Of a stretch of DNA of 64,000 nucleotides, positions 11,136 to 18,928 are shown piece after piece. Numbering within the stretch: the first letter of the stretch is position 1; each line of letters opens with the position of its first letter. The stretch is from the NCBI GenBank assembly GCA_964493695.1, contig CAZBPG010000001.1, positions 71,645 to 135,644 of the forward strand. Reading direction: 5' to 3'. Origin of the DNA: an uncultured Chitinophaga sp. GTDB taxonomy: Bacteria > Bacteroidota > Bacteroidia > Chitinophagales > LD1. Below the pieces are notes generated by a model that was not told where the DNA came from, searched no databases, and saw only the letters and a list, made by a program, of their open reading frames with translations. The position numbers and the translations under genes are program-made.

Positions 11136-11930
11136 TTATGGCAAATCTTCTTCTTCTACTTTCAACCAGTTGGAAGGGAATTTCAAATCTTTAAACCAAA
11201 CCAGTTTCCACTCAGCGTTGTTGTATTCCAGCGCGGTCATGTTCTCTACCCAATCGCCACTGTTCAAATACATTACACTGCCGCGCTCGGTTTTAATCTC
11301 TTTAATGCAGGGAATATGCGTGTGTCCATTGATGACAAAATCGTATCCTTCATCCAATGCAATTTCAGCCGCTGTCAATTCGTAATTGCTCAATTTTTTG
11401 ATGCCTTGCTTAGTGGCTACTTTAACCTGTTGGGAGAACGAAGATTTTTCTTTGCCGAAAAGTTCCAGCAGCAGATTGACCAGTTTGTTTATCAGAATCA
11501 GAATTTCGTAACCGGTGGTGCCCAGCTTTGCCAGCCAGCGGGAGCCCTGCATAGACACATCAAAAATATCTCCGTGAAAGAACCAGTGTTGCTTTCCATC
11601 CATCTGCAACACGAGCTTATCTTTCAGTTCAAGATTGCCGAGTTTTAAACCGGAGTACCTCCGCAGCATTTCATCGTGGTTGCCGGTGAGGCAATATACC
11701 TTTACTCCTTCGGAAACAAACCTGAAAATACGCTCTATCACCTTGGTGTGCGATTTAGGAAAGTAGTACGAGCGAAACTGCCAGATGTCAATAAGGTCGC
11801 CATTAATTACGAGGATTTCGGGCTCGATAGTTCCGAGATATTTATCGAGCTCTTTTGCTTTACAGCCGATAAAGCCAAGGTGCACATCGCTGATGACAGC
11901 CACTTTTACTTTTCGTTTTACATCAGCCAT
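11136..11930 (-). CDS. LpxH-family metallophosphoesterase (UDP-2,3-diacylglucosamine diphosphatase-like)
   Basis: 264 aa with the motifs SDVHLG, NGDLIDIW, GNHD, GHTH and an inserted helical cap region as in LpxH. The true substrate is not deducible from sequence. Confidence 0.7.
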   Translation of the reverse strand: MADVKRKVKVAVISDVHLGFIGCKAKELDKYLGTIEPEILVINGDLIDIWQFRSYYFPKSHTKVIERIFRFVSEGVKVYCLTGNHDEMLRRYSGLKLGNLELKDKLVLQMDGKQHWFFHGDIFDVSMQGSRWLAKLGTTGYEILILINKLVNLLLELFGKEKSSFSQQVKVATKQGIKKLSNYELTAAEIALDEGYDFVINGHTHIPCIKEIKTERGSVMYLNSGDWVENMTALEYNNAEWKLVWFKDLKFPSNWLKVEEEDLP

Positions 11931-11968
11931 AAGCGGGTCAAATTTCGCAACGCCATGTTAACGGAAGG

Positions 11969-13156
11969 TTATTCTTTTATCGTACCAAGATTCATTTTAT
12001 CGGTAGCCGAAATGCTGTCAATTCGCGCTACTTCCCCGTTGGGAAACTGCACATGATAATCGGTCCATCCCGGTGTGCCTGCCCGCGAATCGGCTTTGTA
12101 GTAATCGGTTGAAATAATCTGGGCACCGCTTTCAAAAGCGTTGTTCATGTCGGTGTAATCACCGCTTCTGGCTTCGTTGGTTCCGGCATCGGCACGGGTT
12201 CTTACAATGTATCCCTGCCGAACACGATTTTGAATTTGTGTTACCTGAGAAGGGTTATTCATAACTACGAAAGCAGCTTCGGGGGTACCGGGCGAAGAGT
12301 AAACAAACATGGCTCTTCCCTGCAAAGACGGATGACCGGATTTGTAGAGCGATTCAGCCGGACCCTGCATAATGAACACAACTTTGTTTCTGGCTTCGGC
12401 CAAAGTTGGCCAGTTGCCTGCCAGTGCAGCGACTTCGAGCGTAGCGTACGAGCCGCGAACCTTGTCCGGTGTAATAACTTTGTTCAGCGCATCGCCAAAA
12501 ATTGATTTTATCTCTTCGTCCATTTTGTCGCAGGCATCTGCGTCAAAAGGAATAGAGAGCGTCATGTCGGGAAGAGAAGGAAGTGCATCGCCCACCGTTT
12601 CATCTTTTGTTTCGATGTTGATGAAGATGGGAAGGTGGTTCGGGTGCGAAACGCTCCAGTTGTGAACGGCTGTAAGGGCTTCTTTAAACGTAAAGTAGTG
12701 GGTATTAAAATCGAAGTCGGGAATGTGAATGATTTTGAAACCCGGTTGCTTCAATGCCTCTACATGCGAGTCGTTCGACAAGCCCACCATGGACATTCCC
12801 TGACGGTAATAGAAATGTCCGCCTGCGGGGTCATTGTAAAAATCAAGTTCAAGACCGCGAACATTATAATCGCTCATCTGCTGCTCAACCGGTAAGTGGG
12901 TATAGTCAATTCCCGCAGGGTCGTATTGTGCCGGAAGCAAACCGAGGGCCATTGCCTGTGTCATCCAGTTAAAAATACTGTCGTCCGGTTTCAGATGATA
13001 ACTGTTGTGGCTGGCAATAATCTGAATCTGGTTCAGTTTTAAGCTATCGGTAGGCCCGTTGTCGTAAACAACAGGAATGTTTTTTTCTTTGGTTTCTTTT
13101 TTACAGGAAGCAGTCATCAACAGGCAAACGGCAAACGGCAGGACATAACGTTTCAT
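11969..13156 (-). CDS. PI-PLC X-domain-like phosphodiesterase lipoprotein (phosphoinositide/glycerophospholipid phospholipase C-like)
   Basis: 395 aa with a lipoprotein-type signal (LMTASC). The catalytic-His context IIASHNSYH and the TIM-barrel-like spacing are as in bacterial Ca-dependent PI-PLC-like proteins. Confidence 0.6.
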   Translation of the reverse strand: MKRYVLPFAVCLLMTASCKKETKEKNIPVVYDNGPTDSLKLNQIQIIASHNSYHLKPDDSIFNWMTQAMALGLLPAQYDPAGIDYTHLPVEQQMSDYNVRGLELDFYNDPAGGHFYYRQGMSMVGLSNDSHVEALKQPGFKIIHIPDFDFNTHYFTFKEALTAVHNWSVSHPNHLPIFINIETKDETVGDALPSLPDMTLSIPFDADACDKMDEEIKSIFGDALNKVITPDKVRGSYATLEVAALAGNWPTLAEARNKVVFIMQGPAESLYKSGHPSLQGRAMFVYSSPGTPEAAFVVMNNPSQVTQIQNRVRQGYIVRTRADAGTNEARSGDYTDMNNAFESGAQIISTDYYKADSRAGTPGWTDYHVQFPNGEVARIDSISATDKMNLGTIKE

Positions 13157-13219
13157 TAACTATTATTTTACATGAAAGTAATGAAATGGAAATGTGAAGC
13201 AAGAAAGCTAAAGAAGAAA

Positions 13220-14209
13220 TTACTTTTTCTTAACGGGCACAGGTTTGTTCAAACCTGCCATGGCACGCAACTCTTCGCCAATGCCGATAACGGAGCGGTA
13301 GTTCAACGGGAATTCAAGAAACACATGGAGCATACTCAGAAAGTAAAGCGCTATTAAACCGGTTTTGTAATCGTAAGCATAAAGGGCTATTGAACCGAGC
13401 CAAAGCACAATTACCGAGGCAAGCCACCTTTTGGGAATCAGGTGCCACTTAATAACCGATGTTTTCGAAAACCAGTTGAGGTAGTGATAAGTATAGGCGA
13501 ACGCGATAAAGCGCATAATTCCGAAACCGATACTTGAAGTAAAAATGGTTTCGCGGGTGGTGGTGCCCAAATTGAAAATATGGATGAACGACTGATTGAC
13601 CATGGAGAAGCCGCTCTCCACTAAAGTCTTTTGAGCGTAATCGCTCACTTTATAAAAGCTGAACTGAGGGAACAACACAAAAAAGCTGACTGCGCAAATT
13701 GAAAACACCACCAGAGAAATGATGCCGGTGACACTTTTATTTTTCAGCGCACCGAGCAGAATAAACAGACCGGTGAAAATGAAAACATGAATAAGCGTAG
13801 GCAGGAAAACCGCAAACAGGAAAAAGAACGATTGTGTGTTTACTATCAACCCGCCCAGAAAAGCGGCAATGATTACGAACAGAATTTTCCAGAGTAAATC
13901 TTTAAACAGTATAAAGCCGAGCGCACTTGCAAAGGCGAGGTAAATCATAAAGTTAGAGGCCTCTGCATTGCCGGTAAAAACAAAAGTGAACAGGAAAAGA
14001 ACCGAGCAAAGAATAACCAGCCAGATGTAATCGAACTTACCGTTGGTGAAGTAATCGCGCTTATGCAGCCAGGTAATTTCGGTAAGGTAATGCAGGGGGC
14101 CCAGCACCGCATACGAAAACAAAAACAACTCGAAGGGGATGACAAATGCCGCCACGCATGAAACAATCATGAGCGCAATGTTGGCAAGGTCGATGGTTTT
14201 TGTGTTCAT
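13220..14209 (-). CDS. Polytopic membrane protein of unknown function (about 9-10 TM segments)
   Basis: 329 aa, almost entirely hydrophobic helices. The start lies 1 nt after the ybaB stop. I recognised no family. Confidence 0.55.
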   Translation of the reverse strand: MNTKTIDLANIALMIVSCVAAFVIPFELFLFSYAVLGPLHYLTEITWLHKRDYFTNGKFDYIWLVILCSVLFLFTFVFTGNAEASNFMIYLAFASALGFILFKDLLWKILFVIIAAFLGGLIVNTQSFFFLFAVFLPTLIHVFIFTGLFILLGALKNKSVTGIISLVVFSICAVSFFVLFPQFSFYKVSDYAQKTLVESGFSMVNQSFIHIFNLGTTTRETIFTSSIGFGIMRFIAFAYTYHYLNWFSKTSVIKWHLIPKRWLASVIVLWLGSIALYAYDYKTGLIALYFLSMLHVFLEFPLNYRSVIGIGEELRAMAGLNKPVPVKKK

Positions 14210-14210
14210 G

Positions 14211-14498
14211 TTAGCCGGTCAGCCCGGGAATCTTTGGCATAGCCCCCATCATTTCGCTTTGCATTACTTTATCGGCCTGTTCAAGGGCATCGTTGATGGC
14301 GGCCTGTAACTTTCCTTCCAACACAAGCTTATCATCCTGTTTCAGAATTTCGATGTTCTTAACTTTACGGTTGCCCGAAACCGAAACTTTTACATAATCG
14401 TTTTCGGAAACCACTTCAATACTGTCGAGACGTTTTTTGGTCTCTTCCATTTTTTCCTGAAGTTCTTTCAGTTGTTTCATTTGGTCAAGGAAGCCCAT
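14211..14498 (-). CDS. ybaB: YbaB/EbfC-family nucleoid-associated DNA-binding protein
   Basis: 95 aa with the characteristic MKQLKELQEKMEE N-terminal helix and the tweezer-like core of YbaB. Confidence 0.85.
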   Translation of the reverse strand: MGFLDQMKQLKELQEKMEETKKRLDSIEVVSENDYVKVSVSGNRKVKNIEILKQDDKLVLEGKLQAAINDALEQADKVMQSEMMGAMPKIPGLTG

Positions 14499-14519
14499 AG
14501 TAATTTTAGATTTTAGAAG

Positions 14520-14873
14520 TTACTGAATAGATTCTATTCGGTCTTTATAGATATAAATCATTTTACTTACGGCAATCAGCTCTACTGCCTGCTGCCAAAA
14601 TTTGGACATCACCTCAAAAAATTCCTTCATTTTCAAATTACCAAAACGGATATGAATAACTTTTGGCGGAGGCGTAACCGAAAGCATTCGGTTAGAGAAA
14701 TCAGTATCTTTAGTTACAATAATCAAATTGTTTTCGCGGGCATAGCGCCAGATTATTGAGTCGTTCATTCGCTCATCAATATCTTTTGCATAAACAAATT
14801 CTTCTGTATTCCACAACTTGAATTTATTGGGCAAGTTTACATCAACCAAATATTTTGGCAACATATCAGGCAA
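14520..14873 (-). CDS. PIN-like (DUF5615-type) putative toxin
   Basis: 117 aa with acidic residues in a PIN-like arrangement (LVDVNLP..., TKDTDF). It overlaps the DUF433 gene by 8 nt, which is the canonical pairing. Confidence 0.65.
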   Translation of the reverse strand: MPDMLPKYLVDVNLPNKFKLWNTEEFVYAKDIDERMNDSIIWRYARENNLIIVTKDTDFSNRMLSVTPPPKVIHIRFGNLKMKEFFEVMSKFWQQAVELIAVSKMIYIYKDRIESIQ

Positions 14874-15099
14874 CCGATTTTATAATGTAGTTGCGGTTCA
14901 TTAGGTCGGCTGCAAATTTTATACAGGCGGTGATATCTGCTTTTTCTAAAGACGGGTATTGATAGAGTATTTCTGTTTCCGTTTCACCGGCACCTAAAAA
15001 TTCCAGAATAGTTTGTACGCTAATTCGCATACCGCGTATAGTTGGTTTACCGTTACACAAGTCAGGGTCAATGGTAATTCTGTCTGATAAATATTCCAT
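14866..15099 (-). CDS. DUF433-family putative antitoxin
   Basis: 77 aa. The motif ITIDPDLCNGKPTIRGMRISVQTILEFL matches the DUF433 signature. Confidence 0.8.
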   Translation of the reverse strand: MEYLSDRITIDPDLCNGKPTIRGMRISVQTILEFLGAGETETEILYQYPSLEKADITACIKFAADLMNRNYIIKSVA

Positions 15100-15119
15100 A
15101 GTGCTAATGTAAGTGAAAT

Positions 15120-15611
15120 TTAACTCTTCATATTATCGAACTGCAAAGGAAAACCATAATCGCCTTTGCGGAGGAAGGCCATCACCGCCTGCAGGTCGTC
15201 AATCTTTTTGCCTGTTACGCGGATGATGTTATCCATTTGAGCGGCCTGCACTTTTAAGCCGGTGTCTTTAATGGCTTTGGCAATTTTCTTCATGGTTTCT
15301 TTATCGAGCCCGTTTTTCAGTTTTACATCTTTCTTAATCATGGGGCCCGATGCGTAGTGTTCTTTGCTTACATCGTAACTGCGCGGGTCAATGCCCTGCT
15401 TGCTGCCGCGGGCAATGATAACATCGAGCACGGTGTTCAGGCGCATTTCGTTTTCGGTGGTGATAAGAAGCGTGAGGTCTTTCTTGTTCAAATCCACTTC
15501 GGTTTTAGAGCCGTGAAAGTCGTACCGGTTCACGATTTCTTTCTTCGCCACGTTAATGGCGTTCTCTACTGCCTGTGCATCTACTTTGCTTATTACATCA
15601 AAACTCGGCAT
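15120..15611 (-). CDS. yajQ: YajQ-family nucleotide/c-di-GMP-binding protein
   Basis: 163 aa. The N-terminus MPSFDVISKVD...NAI......NRYDF is characteristic of YajQ. Confidence 0.9.
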   Translation of the reverse strand: MPSFDVISKVDAQAVENAINVAKKEIVNRYDFHGSKTEVDLNKKDLTLLITTENEMRLNTVLDVIIARGSKQGIDPRSYDVSKEHYASGPMIKKDVKLKNGLDKETMKKIAKAIKDTGLKVQAAQMDNIIRVTGKKIDDLQAVMAFLRKGDYGFPLQFDNMKS

Positions 15612-15732
15612 AGAAATAATGATTAACTGAATGAATTACAAAAGGCAATAGAACGCTGATTTTTATGATTGTCATTATTAAAGGCATTGATTTAAAATCA
15701 TTTTTATCATGATAATAATGATGATAAGCGAT

Positions 15733-16128
15733 CTATTGTTTTATCTGCCCTTTAAAAAATGAATTACCCTGTGCGTTCAGCAGGTTCACATATTCTTTTC
15801 CGTCTTTCTGAAAGAGCACATAACCGGTGCTGTCGCCCAGGTAGTAGTTACCGGAGATAAACTCCCTTCCGTTGATGAGCCACATAATGTTACCCGACAG
15901 CGGCACGTTCACTTTCGGGGCAGTTTTGCTTTCGAAAAGATTGTTGAACAGCTTTACGTTTCTTCCGTCTAAACTCATGCTTCCGCCTTTGCCCTGATAC
16001 ATCACTATATCCATGCTTGTAGTAGAATCGCGCATGGTGAGGTAGGTTTTTGCGGGAAGCGGTTGCTGTGCTTTGCAAAAGGCAAAAAGCAAAAGGCAAA
16101 AGGCAAAAGTGAAATGCAGTTTCTTCAT
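15733..16128 (-). CDS. Small secreted protein of unknown function
   Basis: 131 aa with a signal peptide MKKLHFTFAFCLLLFAFCKA, whose h-region is encoded by the (CTTTTGC)n heptamer run. Confidence 0.5.
   Translation of the reverse strand: MKKLHFTFAFCLLLFAFCKAQQPLPAKTYLTMRDSTTSMDIVMYQGKGGSMSLDGRNVKLFNNLFESKTAPKVNVPLSGNIMWLINGREFISGNYYLGDSTGYVLFQKDGKEYVNLLNAQGNSFFKGQIKQ
16075..16109. repeat. Tandem heptamer (GCAAAAG)x5, equal to (CTTTTGC)n on the coding strand
   Basis: Read directly: gcaaaag gcaaaaa gcaaaag gcaaaag gcaaaag. It encodes FTFAFCLLLFAFC of the 15733-16128 signal peptide. Confidence 0.9.
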
Positions 16129-16154
16129 ACGACTTCAAAAATAATTTTTTCCTA

Positions 16155-16189
16155 TAAGGGTGCCACGGTTCCGAACCGTGGCACCCTTA
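16155..16189. promoter_or_regulatory. Perfect 16-bp-stem palindrome (TAAGGGTGCCACGGTT ccg AACCGTGGCACCCTTA) in a divergent promoter region
   Basis: Base-by-base pairing was checked. It lies between the starts of the 15733-16128 (-) and GH3 16221 (+) genes. Confidence 0.7.
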
Positions 16190-16220
16190 ATATTTACAAT
16201 AAACTTATTTTGGCTTTACC

Positions 16221-18527
16221 ATGCTGCGCTCCGTTATCCTACTTTCCTGTTTTTCTGTATTCATTTCCATAGCTACTTTAAGTGCACAAACCATGACAGC
16301 CACCCAAGCCGATACCAAAGCACGCGAACTGATTGCGCAAATGAGTTTGAAAGAGAAAGTGTACGAAATGCACGGACACGGCATGATTCGCTTTGGTATG
16401 TCTATTCTGTTTTCGAAAAAAATTAAACCGGTGCATGCCGGTGGCAATAAGCGGTTGGGAATTCCTTCCACTATTTTTTTGGATGGTCCGCGCGGGGTGA
16501 GTTTGCATAAAGGCGCTACTGCTTTTCCTACAACTATGGCGCGCGGTGCCAGTTGGGATATTGGTCTGGAAAAAAGAGTTGGTGAGGCTATTGCCGAAGA
16601 AATACGCGCACTGGGTGCCAACTACAGCGGTGCGGTTTGTATGAATTTGCTGCGGCACCCTGCTTGGGGACGCGCGCAGGAAACCTATGGCGAAGACCCG
16701 CACCATGTGGGTGAAATGGCTTCGGCTTTGGTGGATGGAATTCAGCAACACAACGTGCAGGCCTGCGCCAAACACTTTGCCGCCAACAGCATGGAGAACA
16801 ACCGGTTTGGCGGAAGCATGAATATGGATGAGCGCACGCTGCGCGAAGTGTATCTGCCGCATTTTAAAAAAGTGATTGAGCGCGGTGCCGCTTCGGTAAT
16901 GAGCGCTTACAACAAACTGAACGGTGGGTTTTGCGGGCACCACAAAATGTTGTTGACGGATATTCTGCGCAACGAGTGGGGATTTAAGGGTTACGTAACC
17001 AGCGACTGGATGAACGGTCTTTACGATGCGCAAAAAGGAATTGAAGCCGGAATGAATATTGAAATGCCCAGCGATAAAGTTTACTCGCTCAAGAAAGTGA
17101 AACAGCTTTTGAGCGATGGGAAAATAAAAGAGCAGCAGATTGATGATTTGATTTTGCCCATCATCCGCACCAAATTATTTTTTGTAGCGAAGAAAGATGT
17201 GCAGGAGTATCCGAAGAGTTTAGTGGGTTGTAAAGCGCACATTGATTTAGCGCGCGAAGTGGCGGAGAAGAGTGCGGTGCTGCTGAAGAACGAAAATTCA
17301 TTTCTGCCCTTAGACAAAAGCAAAGTAAAGCGCATTGCGGTTATCGGCTCGCTGGCTTCTGTAAAACAAACCGGTGACCACGGCAGCAGCCGTGTGTTTC
17401 CCAAATATGTGGTTTCTCCGCTGGATGGAATCAGTATTTACCTTACAGGCGAATGTCACCCTGAGCGGAGTCGAAGGGGGAAGGCGAGGAAAGGCTTCGA
17501 CTACGCTCAGCCTGACATTGCTGGTACAGTAGAAATCCTCACCGCACCGGTAGATGACATAGCAGCCATTAAAAACATCTGCACCGGTGCAGATGCCGTG
17601 ATTGTTGTTGCCGGTACTACTTACAAAGACGAAGGCGAGTTTATAGGCAACGGACAAATACGCGATAAGAATAACCCCGACAAAAAAGATTTTATTACCC
17701 GCACCGGTATACTTGCTGTGGGTGGCGACCGGAAGTATCTGCATCTGCATCAACCGGATATTGAGGTGATACATGCCGCGGCTTCGGTAAACAAAAATGT
17801 GGTGGTGAGTTTAGTGGCAGGCAGCGCGGTAACGGTGGAGGAATGGCACGAAGAAGTGCCCGCCATCATCGAAACGTTTTACAACGGCATGGAAGGCGGC
17901 ACCGCCCTTGCGCGTATTTTGTTTGGCGATGTAAACCCATCCGGTAAACTTCCCTTCACCGTTCCGAAACTCGAAAGCGATTTGCCTGCGTTTAACTCGT
18001 ACGATACGGCTGTTGATTATGGTTACTACCATGGCTACACGCTTTTCGATAAAGAGAAAAAAGAAGCGCGTTATCCTTTCGGCTTTGGTTTAAGCTATAC
18101 ACAGTTTGATATTTCTGATTTAAAAACGAATGTCTTCGCAGGGTCTCCGTCTCGGGACCCTGCGTTCGTGCAAAGCCACAGGGTCTTCGCAGAGCCGAAA
18201 GACCCTGTGGGGACATCCGAAACCTGCGAGGTTTCGGTTAGCGTAAAAAACACCGGTGCGCGTGCCGGTGCCGAAGTGGTGCAGGTATATGTTGGTTTCC
18301 CCGATTCGAAAATTGAGCAACCGGTGAAACTTCTCCGGGGCTTCAGCAAAGTTTTTCTTCAACCGGGCGAGGAGCGCAGGGTTGAGTTCAACATCAGCGC
18401 CAGCGATTTGGCCTCTTTCCACCCTGATACCCAAACCTGGCAAACCGCTAAAGGCACCTACCGGGTTAGCGTGGGCAATTCTTCGAGCAACGCAGAGATG
18501 CTTACTTCCACCTTCCAAATTAACTAA
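16221..18527 (+). CDS. Glycoside hydrolase family 3 beta-glucosidase (BglX-like), secreted
   Basis: 768 aa with a signal peptide. It has GH3 N-terminal (KHFAANSMENNR, SDW) and C-terminal domains plus an Fn3-like tail (GFGLSYTQF...VKNTGARAGAEVVQVY). It carries two in-frame repeat insertions. Confidence 0.9.
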   Translation: MLRSVILLSCFSVFISIATLSAQTMTATQADTKARELIAQMSLKEKVYEMHGHGMIRFGMSILFSKKIKPVHAGGNKRLGIPSTIFLDGPRGVSLHKGATAFPTTMARGASWDIGLEKRVGEAIAEEIRALGANYSGAVCMNLLRHPAWGRAQETYGEDPHHVGEMASALVDGIQQHNVQACAKHFAANSMENNRFGGSMNMDERTLREVYLPHFKKVIERGAASVMSAYNKLNGGFCGHHKMLLTDILRNEWGFKGYVTSDWMNGLYDAQKGIEAGMNIEMPSDKVYSLKKVKQLLSDGKIKEQQIDDLILPIIRTKLFFVAKKDVQEYPKSLVGCKAHIDLAREVAEKSAVLLKNENSFLPLDKSKVKRIAVIGSLASVKQTGDHGSSRVFPKYVVSPLDGISIYLTGECHPERSRRGKARKGFDYAQPDIAGTVEILTAPVDDIAAIKNICTGADAVIVVAGTTYKDEGEFIGNGQIRDKNNPDKKDFITRTGILAVGGDRKYLHLHQPDIEVIHAAASVNKNVVVSLVAGSAVTVEEWHEEVPAIIETFYNGMEGGTALARILFGDVNPSGKLPFTVPKLESDLPAFNSYDTAVDYGYYHGYTLFDKEKKEARYPFGFGLSYTQFDISDLKTNVFAGSPSRDPAFVQSHRVFAEPKDPVGTSETCEVSVSVKNTGARAGAEVVQVYVGFPDSKIEQPVKLLRGFSKVFLQPGEERRVEFNISASDLASFHPDTQTWQTAKGTYRVSVGNSSSNAEMLTSTFQIN
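17455..17516. repeat. 62-bp palindromic element inside the GH3 coding frame
   Basis: The 22-nt arms GTCACCCTGAGCGGAGTCGAAG / CTTCGACTACGCTCAGCCTGAC pair at 19 of 22 positions. Translated as CHPERSRRGKARKGFDYAQPD. Confidence 0.85.
18131..18237. repeat. Three consecutive hairpins (CGCAGGGTC-type) inside the GH3 coding frame
   Basis: The stems are 18137-45/18156-64, 18177-90/18196-210 and 18217-24/18230-37. Translated as VFAGSPSRDPAFVQSHRVFAEPKDPVGTSETCE. Confidence 0.8.
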
Positions 18528-18544
18528 CAAAACAGGGAGGTTAA

Positions 18545-18860
18545 CAGACCTGTCAGCGGCTTTCCGCCTTAGCGGGAAAGGTCATACAGGTCTGCAGGGA
18601 TGATACCGGAATTCCGCTATATACCTTTCAGGTCTGGTAATGGCTGTCCGCTAACGCGGGAAGAGTCATGCAGGTCTGGAGGGATGATACCGGCATAGCG
18701 GTATAAACCCGACAGGTCAGACGGGATGATAGCGGAATCCCGCTATAAACCATACAGGTCTGGTAGCGGCTGTCCGCTAAAGCGGGGAGGCTCATACAGG
18801 TCTGCAGGGATGATAGCAGAATGCCGCTATAAGCCCGTTTGGTCTGTAAACAGGTACCTT
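18545..18860. repeat. 42-bp tandem array, about 7.5 units, with two alternating hairpin-containing unit types
   Basis: CAGGTCTG-like unit starts occur at 18545, 18587, 18629, 18671, 18713, 18755, 18797 and 18839, spaced exactly 42 nt apart. Confidence 0.9.
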
Positions 18861-18928
18861 GTTATAGAAAAGGCCATTTTCAGGATAAAAATCGGTCATT
18901 TCTATATAAAAGAGGAGATTTAAGGAGT

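Noticed and set aside
11136-11930. Calling this gene lpxH outright
   Set aside because: The motifs fit the LpxH family. However, the phosphatase/PLC/TonB context and the lack of other lipid A genes alongside make the substrate uncertain, so I left the symbol blank.
18545-18860. Possible CRISPR array, given regularly spaced repeats with hairpins
   Set aside because: The period is only 42 nt and the whole unit is repeated. There are no unique spacers, the units are degenerate and of two alternating types, and no cas genes are nearby.
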